Source of the DNA: Anthoceros angustus
Lineage: Eukaryota; Plantae; Anthocerotophyta
Assembly: GCA_010909165.1 (NCBI GenBank)
Contig: MU008170.1
Span: forward strand, 868,001-932,000
DNA length: 64,000 bases
Direction of reading: 5' to 3'
Below, piece after piece: positions 1-13,121 of this stretch; position 1 is the first letter of the stretch; the number at the start of each line of letters is the position of its first letter. The position numbers and the translations under genes were made by a program. The notes beneath the pieces were generated by a model. That model saw only the letters and a program-made list of their open reading frames with translations. It was not told where the DNA came from and did no database searches.

Positions 1-1
1 T

Positions 2-1680
2 TCAACCCCTGGCCTCGTCGCACACTGCTAAGCTTGTCCAATGACATATATAGCGCTTCTTCACGACGATGTTATGCCCAATGATTTGCCCGACCATTGT
101 TGAAAGAGCCATGGACGTTGTTAGGCAACATTGAAACCACCTTAATTTGGTAGTGGTAACCCCCATTACCGTGATGTACTCCACAGTATCATATCCACCC
201 TGATCATTATGCATATTGGTTTTGTCCCACACAAAGGAGACCATTCCTCCACCAATGCACCACTGTCGCATTGCCTCCCTTACAATATGCAGCTCTTCCA
301 CACCATGCATAACTATCATTCTGATTTCTTCGCAGCTTGTCATATCATGGAAAGAGTGAAACACTGTGCCAATTTGTGTCTGATCCATCTTCACATCATG
401 CTTTCCTTTGTGGAATCCTCTTGGCACATCCATAACCAGCAATGTATACTTCCTCTTCCTTAGAAATCCTCGCATGTCCAACACATCTCTTGCAACCACT
501 TGGTATTTAACAATAAACCCGTCGTTGGCACAGTAAATGCCTATAGGCCTTCCTCCATGTCCATGTTAGCCAGGGCCCTTTGTTCGTTCTCCAGACCTTT
601 CCATGTGTGCACTTCAAGTATGAAAGCCTGGAAGTCTTTTGGCAGTTTCTTCAGATCTTCTACATCTTTCACTTGCTACACACAGCACATGTTAGGTGGT
701 TAGTGCACAACAAGCTTGTCCGAAAAGATGCAGCGGGGCGCGGCATGCGCCCTCCCACTACTTCCTTCTAAAGCCTCAATTCCAACATGAGGAATGGGAG
801 GCGCGGCATCTGCGCCCTCCCTACTTCCTTCTAAAGCCTCAATTCCAACATGAGGGCGCGGCATGCGCCTCCCCGCCCTACTCTGTGTACTAAAGAAGAG
901 ATATACCTTCCCAGACGCTGTTTGAAACCTTGCAATGACATCGTCCGAAGAGTGCATAGGGTATTCCTGCCGCACCATGTCGAAGAGTCGCATCCTAAAT
1001 GCTTTGCCATAGCCACTTGTATGACATGAAGTTTCTTCCATAGAGTGAGCTCCTTGACATACCATTGAGGTCAAGCAAACCTGTCAAAACCTTTTCGTCA
1101 CACTGATGAGCATTTTTTGTCCGGTCTCACGGTGGAATTCCTTGGAAACTGCGCCATGGTTTCCCCTGCATCTCTTTCGGCTTCACGAAAACGCTTTCAA
1201 CCGTCTTCACCTCCTCTCCAACTTTGCGTTTGCCCTTGCTCTTCTTGGTGGTGCCCGCTGCAACATGTTTGGCTTGTTCTGGGAGCTCCATCGCCTCCCA
1301 CTTTGAAAAGATATTATCGACATTTCTCCAAACCTTTCCCTCCAGTTTCGCAATGCATAGGATATGTGTCCTGTTGTCCACTTTGTTCTGGTTATACTGT
1401 TCATCTTCCCGGCCTTCGTCATCCTCGATCAGTAAGCGAACGAGTATAAGCCTCGGGGCTGGGGGTGGAAATAGCAGATCTCAAAGCGTGGACACTGCTG
1501 AGGGTTCAAGCAGGACACTCGCTAGTGCTTAAAATGGGCTTGCTAATCTGTTCGGGCTGCTTTGGATGCTACACGTGCCTTTGCACCTGGCGACTTTGTA
1601 ATGCTAGCACACACATAGACCAATCGGGCTTGCCTCTTGATGTGACCTTTGTGCTCCTCATTTCTAAGTTGGAAGGGGAC
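2..1680 (-). pseudogene. Degenerate spliced gene, probably TE-derived, with a C-terminal region weakly resembling N4C/N6A (amino) DNA methyltransferases
   Basis: Broken minus-strand ORFs 1207-1422, 1127-1381, 700-1074 and 2-499. Intron about 906..674 (GGGAAG|GTATAT ... GTGTAG|CAAGTG). In-frame stop and frameshifts between segments. Motifs YTLLVMDVPRG and VSFVWDKTN...VEYI resemble the DPPY and W-x-K regions of beta-class MTases. Confidence 0.35.
737..880. repeat. Roughly 55-60 bp tandem repeat (about 2.5 copies) inside the intron
   Basis: The unit GGCGCGGCATGCGCCCTCC...CTACTTCCTTCTAAAGCCTCAATTCCAACATGAGG is repeated directly. Confidence 0.85.
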
Positions 1681-1849
1681 GACGTTATTTTTTACAGAGT
1701 AGTAAGAGTAGTTTTGATAGTTGCATACATAAGTTTATTTATTAGAGCTACATACGGCATGGCCTAAAGTCTAAAGCCTATAGAGTCATATAGATAGATA
1801 TTCTAAAGTCATATGGCTGCCTATTATAGAGTTACATAGGGTACAATAG

Positions 1850-4800
1850 GCTTTGGCAAGGCCGTCATGTTTCGGCCGGCCGCGGGCTTTTCCGGGTTTC
1901 TGTTCAGGATTTCGGGAGCGGCGGTTTGCACGGTGGGTTGTTAGGTGCTTTGGCGGGTTGCGGCCCCTCTGGCCGGGGGCCTTCGGCCAGCCCAGCGGGG
2001 CTCGCCATACGGAGCGTACACTCCATATGTCTAGTAAATATCAGGAACGCTTTGTCCTTGGCACCCAGTGCCCCCTCAACCCTCATACCCTCAGCCAGTC
2101 GTCCACAGGTTGTTTCCTGAATCGTGCTATTCTCGCTTGTTCCTCTCCTCCCCTATGGTGCAGTCCACTCCTTCAGTGGCAGTCAAGGACACCCCCTGTC
2201 CAGTCTGCGCTCAACTGTGTTGTGGGGTTAAGGGGGTGAAATGTCATATTGGGCACAAACACAAGGACTTCTATCGAACCCCCTAGGAGGCAAAGGCGAG
2301 GCTTGCTTCTTCTAGTGGGGCTTTACTTCTGGCTCTGAGTTTGGATGCTCCCCTCGGCCCGCCCAGAGTCCTGTAGCGGTTGCGAATGCAATTGGATCAT
2401 TTGCTCACCCTGTTCGAAGCGTGCTTTCCAGGACTCCGCCTTTTTCGGCGTCTCCCGAGGCGCCTGCCTGCATGATGACGTTCACCTTGCTTACCGGCTT
2501 CCTCTGGATCGCCTTGCGTTGGACCTTGGGGATGAGGCAGCTTCGACTCTATTCCTTTTTCTCCTCGGTGGTTTCTTCATCGCTCTAGGGGTGGTTCTTC
2601 CAAACATAGGGAGGTGGCTTCTCGTCTCTGTCGGTTCCAGGCCGAGGACTGGGAAGCTCTGTAGGAGGAGGGGGGGTGTGCAACAAGATCCAGGCTGGAG
2701 GCTGCCAAGGTGGATCCGGTCTGTCAGGATCCCGCCAAGGCGCGGCTCAAGAGGTGTTTCTTGCTAGGCTGTGCTGGGGAATACGCCAGGGCTGCCCAGG
2801 CACTCCGCCTGGAGCCGGTGGCACCAGCCTCCGAGGACACCATCTCTGTGCTCCGTGCCCTACATCCAACCCCATATGACCTCATTCGGGTTTGTCGGAG
2901 CTCTTAATTCTGGTAGTGGCAGTGGCCAGGGTATGAGACTCCTCACCGGATCTTTTAGGTGTTGGATGCCAGCAGGTTACTGGCTATGGAGAAGCCCACA
3001 CCTGGGATGCGCCCTATTACCGTTGAGGAGACATTCTTACGCCTCATAGGTCGCAGCATTGCTATCAAACTTCGGGAGCAGTTCTAGGCGCATCTTTGCC
3101 CCCACCAATTTGGGATTGCTACTCCAAAGGGTTGTGAGTCGGCCTCATTTGGTATCGCGGCGGTTCTGGAGTCACATCAAGATTGGATCGCCTTGCAGGT
3201 GAACGTCGAGAACGCTTTCAACACGATCTCTAGGACAACAATTTTTGCAGAGCTCAAGGATACAGGCGGGCACACCTGGGGTGCGCCCTATTACCGTTGG
3301 GGAGACATTCTTATGCCTAATAGGTCGCAGCATTGCTATCCAACTTTGGGAGCAGTTCCAGGCGCATCTTTGCCCCCACCAATGTGGGATTGCTACTCCG
3401 GGGGTTGTGAGTCGGCTACATTTGGTATCGCGCGGTTGGGAGTCACATCAAGATTGGATCGCCTTGCAGGTGAACGTCGAGAACGCTTTCAACACGATCT
3501 CTAGGACAACAATTTTTGCAGAGCTCAAGGATACAGGCACACAGGTGCCCTATTACCGAGAGACATTCTTATGCCTAATAAAGGCATTGCTATCCAACTT
3601 TGGGAGCAGTTCCAGGCGCATCTTTGCCCCCACCAATGTGGGATTGCTACTCCGGGGGTTGTGAGTCGGCTACATTTGGTATCGCGGCGGTTCAAGAGTC
3701 ACATCAAGATTGGGTTGCCTTGCAGGTGGACGTCGAGAACGCTTTCAACACGGTCTTTAAGATGGCAATTTTTACAGAGCTCAAGGATGCAGGCGGGCAC
3801 CTGTAAGTCTTATTCCTTTCGTTCGCTTTTTCCGTGGTTCTTTGTCTATCCTCTACTTTCAGCACGGACCATCTAAGCAAGGCGTTAATGTGCTAGACTC
3901 AGGGACCGGCATGAGGCAAGGGAATCCCTTGGGGGGTGCCCTCTTTCCCGTTGCGCACTTCAAGGCCCTAACGGTTACTGCTAGCGCGGTTGGGAAGTAT
4001 GGATCAGCGCATTGGGAGAGAGAAAAGGGCATGAGGACTGGGAGAGAAAAGGGAAGGAAAGAGAGAGGTATTTAGAAAAGATATTGGTGAAAAAGGATAA
4101 AATGAGAAAATAATATACATATGGAAGATAAAGAGAAGGGGAAAACTTATGACGAAACTTACTCAACTATATCAACTGATACTTAAATATTGTTTTACGT
4201 ATGAGCTTCGCGAAACGTGCCCTAAGCCTAACTTCGGTATGCCAGCGTCTAAGACCTCCTATCTCCATAACACTCCCCCCTCGCTGCTGATCCGAAGTTC
4301 TTCGTTGTATGCTTGCCATGACGTCCATCAGGCATGCTTGTCTGCAGCTGTTCCTGAGCGTCCTCTCGACCATCTGGTGGCTTCTCCAGCTCGCGAGTCA
4401 CATGATCTCAGCTATGAGCCAGAAATCAAAAGTCTCGAGCAAGCTGGAGTACCCAGGCACATATCCGAAAAGAGGGCAGCCAGTGTTCCGAACATGCAAG
4501 AGCTGCTTACGGTCCGCTTCGCAAGATGCATGACAGGGCTTAAGTACAAAAAGGTTATGTGGGGGGGAAATCCAGGGGCTTCCGAGATTTACCCTCCAGT
4601 GGCCACACTTATCCCACTGTCGTTTTTTACGTTGGGTTTCGTCCCATGAGGTCTGCGATTGTCAGTTATGCGAAGGGGGCGGGGGGGTCATGCCACACAC
4701 TTGCTCACCTCAAACTAGCCTCTCCTGCAAGCAAGGCATCCTCTCACTCTCCCTTAAATAGCAGCCATACCTCCCTGTGCTGCCTGAACATTAGTCCATC

Positions 4801-6184
4801 TCCAGCCTACAACGACACTGTACGTTTGTAGGCCCTACCCATGTGAAGGTAGGTCCACCGTTGGCGACCAGAGACCCCCGGACCGCGTTGTGGTTTCGCT
4901 ATCTTCGCAGGTTCTGGCTCCCCTTACTGCTGGAGTTGAATCTTGCTACAGATTTGGGACCCCTCCTTTACGCTCTACCTTGGGCCTTCTATTGCATTCT
5001 ACACTCTGTTCTTCTACCCAACATTCTTAATTTGGGATGTTCCTATCTTGAAGGCCGTCGTCTCGGGTATTGAGGAGGGGGCCTTCTCTTGGAAGGCTTC
5101 CCTTAAGTTGGCCAGGGACTCCCTTTCCTCCGAGGCTAGGGGGGCCATGCCTCCCTTTTATCTGAAGCTAGGGTGGCCATGTCTCCCTTTTCCTCGTTTT
5201 CCGTGGAAGGGCTACGTGGCCTTCAGGCCTCTCTTCAGGAGAAGCAGTACGGGCAGGCGCGGCGCGCAATCCTTCGAACTGGACTCTACTATTCCCCGGC
5301 CTGTTCGTGCCTGCATTTGCTCTTGCTTGGGGAAGGGAGCAAGCTCATGGCTTTTGACATGGCCTTGCATCCAGGCGTTCCGAATTGCACCAACTTCCTT
5401 TCCTATTGTGATGAGGTTCTGCCTGGGTTTGGTCTAGCCTCTGGCCTGTTCTCTCTTAGCCTACAGTTGTGGGGCCCCCCTCGACGACTCAGGATCCCAC
5501 CTGGCCCGCTGTCCAATTAGTGGGCAACATATCGCTACGCATGATGCCGTTCGCGACGTAATGTTCTCGATGGCCAAGGAGAGCGGTTATTTTCCATACA
5601 GGGAACATCCATATACGATGCGCAATGAGGTGTCGGTCAGGGCGGATATATTTCTGATCTGGGGGGACCAAATCTCTGTTGCAGATGTCGTCATAATGGA
5701 CCCTACCCGGAACTCCATTTGTGAGCATGTCATTATCAACCCTCTGGGCTGGGCGGCGGAAGGATGTGCGACTGCCAAGGTACACAAGTACACACCTTTG
5801 CAGGACGGCCGCACCTTCATACCCTCGCCAGTGAGACTCATGGGGCTATGGGCAAGGATTTTTCCCGGCTCATTAAGGATTGTGCTAAAGCCTACCATAG
5901 TCGTCGGAAAGGGGCGGGTCTCCCTCTTTCCTCGGTGTTAGCTTTCTTTCGATAGCGGGTATCCATTGCCTTGCAGAGGGTGCTGGCCAATGCTATTCAC
6001 AGGATGGCAACCAGCGCAGGAGACGTGGCGTCATCGGCACCAGTTATAGGTAGGCCTTTCCTCATCTCGGATCACGATATAATCGGGACGATGGGTAGCT
6101 TCGGGGTTAGTCCCCCCTGGGTTCGGGGTAGATGGGTTTTCATCTCTTCTTTTTAATAAAGTCTCCTTTGCCACTATTATAAAA
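1850..6184 (+). mobile_element. CRE-like non-LTR retrotransposon (RT + restriction-like endonuclease), degenerate copy 1
   Basis: RT motifs GVRPITVGE, PHQCGIATPGG, LQVDVENAFN and RQGNPLG. C-terminal C-x-C...H...C finger (YSCGAPLDDSGSHLARCP), THDAVRD, RADIFL...DVVI, AKVHKY and ETHG. AATAAA at 6155. Homologous to 56100-59176. Confidence 0.8.
2995..3800 (+). repeat. Roughly 270-bp segment of the RT region triplicated in tandem
   Basis: CACACCTGGG.TGCGCCCTATTACCGTT...GAGCTCAAGGAT.CAGGC occurs at about 2997, 3271 and 3538, with small indels between copies. Confidence 0.9.
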
Positions 6185-6713
6185 TATTATGGATGTGTCC
6201 AAGACGTAAAAGGGAAATACACCGGGAGTTAGTTGGGACAAGGTTTTGGGGTCGGGAAGTTGAGCGAATTGAGTGAGGGATGTGCTGTTGTCTCGTGTTC
6301 TGACCCTACTGAAGGGAAGGGTGCGCGTCGCAATCACCATAGCCGGCTCGCTCTTACGTGATTGCCTGTTGCCTTGCTCGCTTCAAGTTGCGGCGTTGCT
6401 TCGCTCTTGTTTCCTCTCCTCTCTCTCTGCCTCATGCCCAAGTCCCACTGCCGTCTTTACCTTACTGCTCTTGCGTTTCCTGGGGCACCCGAGTCCATGT
6501 GCCCTTCTACGCGCCCTGCTCTCGCCTCGCCCTCTGCTCCGCTCACCTCTCGCTAGCCTGCATTCTGCCCCCTGATCTTCCCGATTTCTTTACGTTTCTT
6601 TCCAGGCTGCCAGGCAACCTTACTATGCGCCCCGGCGGGAGCCGGCAGGGTTGAGAAGGAGGCGTCACCGCAGGCAGTTGCTCGCACGCCATTCGGGCTC
6701 GCACCACCGCAAG

Positions 6714-8898
6714 ATGAGCTACGCAGGGGAGGAGGACAGCGCCGGCAGGCCCAAGCTCAGTCTTCAGCCTCGAGGATCGGCGGCGGACGTCGCCTCCGCT
6801 ACTTCCGCCAAGTCCAGCCGGGTGAGTATGCATTTTTCTCCGTTGTCCTCGCTTCCCGCCATCCCGCGCTCTCTTGCCGCTCTTGTTGCGGGCTTCTTGC
6901 GCCCCGTCGCAATGTGCTCCTGCGTTGCAGGGCTACGGCTCCTTCTCCTCCGCGAGGTTTCCTAGGGTGCCTTGTTGCCTGGCGTGGGACGCGGGAAAGC
7001 GCGCTGAGATCTGCGGCCTTGCTTGTTGCGTAAATTTATGTACGTGTAGTGGGATTTGGCGCTGTCTGCTGCGGATCAGCTCCCTCTGCTCTTGTTCTTG
7101 GATCAAAGGCTGCACTTTTTGGAGATGTCGGATTTCGAGATTCGTCGTCCCCGTTTCCTACTCAATTTCACTTTGTTCATGAAGACGATGTGGGCAGGGC
7201 CTGGATTCAGGTGTCGCGGTAACACGTCTATGTAGGTCATACCCCGAGGCTGTAGAGAGGGCACGCTTGTTAGCCCTAGTGCTGCGGCAGATGTGTGTTC
7301 GGTGCTCTGCCGCTGTTTCAAGTGATTCCAGGGCACGTGAACGTGCTGCTCGTTTCTTTCGTAACTGAAGCTAAAGCATCAGTTGTCTCTTGGCCGCATC
7401 TTTGTCACTCCTCTAGGGTTCGATGGTGTACGCTTGTGGACACGATATTAGTGGCAAGTGTCTTGTGTTGTAAGGCTGTGGAGGGTTTGCTTTAGATGAT
7501 GAGTTGTGTTTTTCCTCGTCTGCAGCCGAACCCTTTTGGCGCTGCAAGGCCCAGGGAGCAGGTCATTGCCGAGCGGGAGGGTAAGAAGGAGACAGAGGTT
7601 CTCAAGGAGCAGATTCAGAGAGAATGGAAGCCAACTGTAAGTCTGCCGTCGCTCTCGCTATCGAACTTCTCTTTCAGTTCTGTGCGTGTTTCCCAAGCTG
7701 GCCATGTGCATGACTTGATGACAGAAGAATTTAAGGGAGTCAAATTCTTCGGAGCTATCTTGTATTGTTTCTCCATGTCATACACTTGGAGTGTTCAGGC
7801 CAATCATTGCTAGTTCTGATTTCCTGCTGCTTCACCAGATTGTTATGACAGAGGGACAGCGTGAAGAGAAGAAGGCTGCTGAGGCTGAGCTGGCTTTTGC
7901 AAAGAGTGAGCTCGATAAGGAGTCCGATCCTTCGAAAGTGAAATCCTTGAGGGATGAAATCTCTCTCAAGGAGAAGAAGCTTGATGAGCTTCTATCTTCC
8001 TTTGAGGTATGTATCGTGGAATATATTTGTGGAGTCTAGCTTGTGTATAGTACCAAGGGAGTTGCAAATGTCTTTTGGAATTTTCTGCTGGATGGGTCCA
8101 GTGTTGTCTGGTTGTTTGGTATGACGATCCATGCTGTGAATTGTGCAGAAGCTAGCTGTTCAAAGTGCACAAACTGGTGGTACCAGGCGAACTCATGAGC
8201 GTACTCGGAGAGATGAGGAGCGTGTGTCTGGCTCGCCAGCACCTCCTCAGTCCTATGGTGGCAAAGAATACGGTGGTGAAGGCAATGACGGGTATGGCAA
8301 CTTCAGCCGAGGTCGTGGCCGAGACCGTGAGTCTGATGGATCAGGTTCCTATGGTGACACATGGGGAGGGGCAAAGGGAGGAAGGTCTGGGGGCCCACAG
8401 CCATGTTACACATGCGGAGAGGTACTGTTGTGTGGAATGTTTGTTTTTCTGAACGCTGGGGTGAACTTGGTTGCTCCCATATATTGACAGAATGCCTCAA
8501 CGCAGGTTGGTCATTTCTCTCGGGAGTGTCCAAGTGGAGGCTCTCGTGGCTACAGCGGAAATTTTGGAGGAGGCAGGAGCAGTTCCGGTCGCCAATGCTA
8601 CACGTGTGGAATGGAAGGACATTTTTCCAGGGAGTGTCCCCAGGCAGGAGCTGGGGGCTATGGTGCTCCTCGCGGAGGAAGCTACGGACCACCTGCTGGG
8701 GGTGGTTATGGAGGAGGCTACGACTATGGTCAGGGCGGGTATGTTCCGGAATACCCTGCTGCCTATGGTGGGCAGCCTGCCGCAGGATACGGGGCTGGAT
8801 ATGATGATCGTAGTGCTGGAGGCTATGGTGTGGGTAGCCGTGGAGGCGGGAACTACACAACAGGCCGAACGGATTATGACAATAGAGGGAACTGGTAG
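6714..8898 (+). CDS. Plant eIF4B-motif protein with coiled coil, RGG/GY-rich region and two CCHC zinc knuckles
   Basis: Exons 6714-6821, 7526-7636, 7839-8006, 8149-8421 and 8506-8898, all GT-AG and frame-consistent. RPKLSLQPR and PNPFGAARPREQV are plant eIF4B-like motifs. Knuckles are CYTCGE|VGHFSREC and CYTCGMEGHFSREC. Confidence 0.8.
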
Positions 8899-9716
8899 TG
8901 TCCTTGAGCTAGTTCCTTACAGAGAGGTATTTGGCTTCATGTGTGAGTTAGCACCGGAAGGATGTACAGTCACAATGAACGCACTTAGGGAGCGGTCGAG
9001 CGGTCCTTAGGAGACTTGAGTGTTCCCCGGGAGAGAAATTTTCGAGGCAGTGCCCACTTATCAGTTTTTTGCCTGGTGGTGCCTGGTTTGGAGTACGTAC
9101 GAGGCGGGAAGTGACTCGGATTCTTACTTTGCTTCTTGTTGCTTTTCCGTCTCTGGCATGTAAGTCAGAGATGCAAAATACTGTGACACTTAACTTACTC
9201 TAGGTTCTTCAGCCTCGTAACTTCAATGAGTTGATTAGTTGCTGGCTGAGAAATAGCTTGAGACCATGTGATCCTCTTGTAATTTTCACTGCTTCACAAT
9301 GTATGTACTGTATGTCGGTAGTGAGGGTCTTCTAAATCATGTCCTATGTTGGATTCCACTCCATGCGCGGAAGAATGGTCATCCTTGAGGCATGCAATCA
9401 TGTAATCCCTAAGGGGCTCAGTATTCTAACCATTTCTGCCATTGTGGGGGCAAGTCAAAGACACGCGTTGTAGCGCTGGAAGTTGAATTGCAAGGCTCGT
9501 CAGCGGAGCAAAATCCTGGCAGGCGTTTGGGCTGCCTGTGGAACCGAGCAATCGTGCGTTTGAGCTTCCTGTGAAGCGTCGTCCGCTCCTGGGATGCCGA
9601 ATTTAGTCTTGTCAGACCTCGGGCCTGACACAAGTGAATCGTGGTTGCAAATTCTCCCGTCTCCGTAGAGCTTTGTGTGATGCTATTGCCCCCAGGCAAA
9701 CAAGGAATTCGTGGAT

Positions 9717-12700
9717 ATGGACGGCCCCAGCGTCACCATGCTGGACGACGGGGACATCAAGATCGACCAGAAATTGGAAGCGAAGGCACTCCGTCGTGTG
9801 ATCGCTGCTTACATGAAGTAGGAGCACTCTTGCCTGCTCATGGCTTCTCGCGTCTGCACTGCTGCTCTTCCACTGTCTCATGCAACCCTACACGTGCTTG
9901 CGGGAATTCCTGAATTCGGGAATTCGGTGCAGGGAGCGTCCTGATGCCTGTCTTGTCTCGTTTCCGTGTTTCAGCTACTATAACGCCGCCGAAGATGATC
10001 GCCAACGCTGGATGCGATCTTATGACAGGCTTAGCTCCGCGCACAAGGTTTGCAAGATCGGTTTGTGGACAGAGAGTGTTATGAGCTGGCAGCTTGTGTG
10101 TCTGGGCTGTTCGTTTGTGGCTACAATGTATGTTTCAGAGAACTGTTTGTGATGAATGCCGATTCTTGTTTCTGTCTATGTGCATTCCATTCACTCAACG
10201 TTGTCTGTATTATAGAATCGTCTTCCCCATTTGCCAAGGAAGTATCGGATGCTGAAGAGGTAATTTCAACAGACGGCCTTCTCAGATGATGTTGTGCATG
10301 TGCAAAGTTGTCTCTCTAACCTTAGCACCTTTTTGGAGCCAGGTGCATAGAAATGAATTCAGCCTTTATAGCGAATATGGTTCAGGTCCATCCTTCAAAC
10401 CTTTGCCAGCATCTCTATGGGTTTTGCACTTCTTTTGCAGTTTGGCAATTTGAGCTTAGGAGGACAGTTGGTGACTGATGTCAATTAGCACGTTCGTACT
10501 TACTCTTTTTGGGACATCCAGGCATTTGAGCCTCCCTTCGATATGTCAGAAGATGTTTTGCTTGACATGTATGATGGAGCCGCCATTCCGTCACACGCCA
10601 CAGGATCTGCTCAGAGTTCTCACAATCTCTCAGGAGATGGAGAGAACCATGACAATGTCAGGGAAGCAAGAGGTGCTAGTACAATTGATGGCGGCAGTCA
10701 TTCCGAGGGTGGACCAGCTTCATCATTAGGATGCGCTGAAGACGTAGACGTTCCAGGGGCCTGGGATGGGGTTGGAATAAGTATGTCTTCTCCAGAGGTA
10801 TAGGCTAGTTGCATGAGTTTTCTTGGCCAGAAATTTTGATTTTCAGGGTTGTATGTGGAATGCTTCTCCTGATTTTAGTCTAAATTTCTTTCCTCTGAGT
10901 GTAGTCTAAAATTCTCAAATATGTGTAAAAGTGCGCCTCTGTTGGCAGGAAGCTTTCACATCAGCTCTTTTACCAGATGGCTACAGTGGAATTCATGTAC
11001 CACCAGCGGATGTTGATAAGGTAGGCCTGTCAGCTATTGTGCTTCCACGGACTATTTACGCAGCTTTGTTCATCTCTTCATGGCGACAAGTTTGCTGATG
11101 AACTCATGCAGGTGCGGTGCATAATCCGGAACATTGTCCGGGACTGGGCACGAGAGGTGCAGTCTTGTCACATCAAGCTTCAGTGCACACTTCCCTTTGA
11201 TATAGGCTGAGAAACAGTTTGCCAACCTTAGCTTTAACTGAAGAAATCTCTATACAGCATGCGGTTCTCATCAGCGTCCTGTAAGCTGGCAGGGTGCGGT
11301 TGAGCGCGAGCAATGCTTCAAACCAATCTTGCAAGAGTTGGACCAGCATTTTCCACACCGCACAGCCGACAGGTAGTAGTATTCTTGAACAAGCCCAGAA
11401 TGGCATGTCCTGTGTTATGGTTCCATTATGTGGGAGCGAAGACTTGACTGTGGATGAGCAGTTACAACCTTCTTAACGATGACCACCTTTTTTTCTTTCT
11501 TCCAGGTCGCCAAAATGCTTGGTTCCAGGGGCCGGATTAGCCCGGCTGGCTCTGGAAATCTCGCTTATGGGTGAGAATTGTTTTCTGGTGTCCAGGTTTG
11601 AATCTGTAGCATTTTGGGATACGTATTCTTAAGTGGTGGGCTGGTGACAGGGTTTGAGAGCCAGGGCAACGAGTTCTCTTACTACATGCTCATATGCTCA
11701 AGTTTTATTCTTAATCAGTACGTCAAAATCTGGAGGAGGAGGAATGAGTTGTGACGGGCAAATATAAGCTGCTTTTAGTTTAGCATTTGAGTGTTCACAT
11801 TGTCTGCGCATGAGTGTCATGAGCCTGTCTACGGCAACAGGCAGCTTATTGCTCTCTCGGATGCAGTACACAGAAACCCTTGGAGTGGAAGTTGTATCCA
11901 TGGATCCACAGCAATTGCAACATGTTTTCGGATGCTGACCAACTTAGTCCTGTGCTCTTCCCTGACCTTCATCCTGGAAGGTTGGACGCAATTGTGTTCC
12001 ATATCCATTGTGTGTTTGAAGAAATTCTAGACAAAAAGAACTGGGTCCCTTCAAACCTTAAATCTTTGGTTTCATAGGAGAAAACTGTTCATGACTGCAT
12101 GTGAATGTTCTGTGGTTAGTGTTGTTCCTTGTTTGCTCCAGCAAGAGTTGCCTTAAGTTAACCACATTGCTCATTTTTCAGTGCAGGAATCACTGAAGGA
12201 TTTTCAATGTGTGCCGGCGATTTTGTTGAAGTGTACAGTCATCCGAGTCAGGCTGGTACAGTGTACATTTGCAGAAAACCTAGAGTTTGTATTTGGCAGT
12301 ACCCACACGGATCATTGTGCCCTTCTCTCCGCTGCAACCAATTTGATTACGTGAGACGGGGTGGCTTGGAACAGGGGCTTGGGATGCAGTTGTAACGTGC
12401 TTCTTCCTAGACACTGCCCATAACGTTATTGAATATTTGGAGGTGATTTACAAAGCTCTCAGACCTGGTGGGGTACGTTCCCCTCCTTCCTACGTGAGCT
12501 CCTCCTTGTTGAGTCTGGCGTGCAGAGAGACACGTGGATATCTTTCGCTCTATGTCAGGATTAAAATCCCTGATTCCTGTTGTCTTGAAACATGCAATGC
12601 CATGGCCTTCATAACAGGTGTGGATAAACTTGGGGCCACTCCTCTACCACTTTGCTGAGGCTCACAACTATTCTGCGGAAGATGTAAGCCGTCTTGTCCT

Positions 12701-13121
12701 GGCAAGCTGTGGTGCCTCCTGATACAGTGTGCGGGGCAGTCACACTTGTCTGCTGTGGGCTTGGCAGGAAATGTCACTGGAACTATGTTTGGAGGATGTG
12801 AAGACTGTAGCACGTACATTTGGGTTTCGACTGGAGGTACCATCTGGAAGACCGCATGCTTGTTTGGCAGGACTTGTGCAACCATTTCTGTTTGATGCAA
12901 AAACTCTGCTATTGGTACTGCATTGCAGAAGGAGTCTGTGATAAAAACAACTTACACAGCCAACTTAAGGGCCATGATGCAGGTACATCCGACCCCGTGG
13001 GTTCCCTGGGCTGTATACGATGTATGCATCTCACTCACATGGATGTTTGTTTGTGGGGCAGACTCAATACTTTGCTGCCTTTTGGACCATGATCAAGGAT
13101 GGGACGCCAGCCACACCATAA
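9717..13121 (+). CDS. CARNMT1: Carnosine N-methyltransferase-like (N2227 family) SAM-dependent methyltransferase
   Basis: Multi-exon gene. Motifs [81 protein letters not shown] and [11 protein letters not shown]. Last exon ends [19 protein letters not shown]. Confidence 0.92.

Noticed and set aside
1821-6181. CTATTATA at 1821 and 6174 as a TSD of CRE copy 1
   Set aside because: Short AT-rich match that overlaps the presumed tail; could easily be chance.
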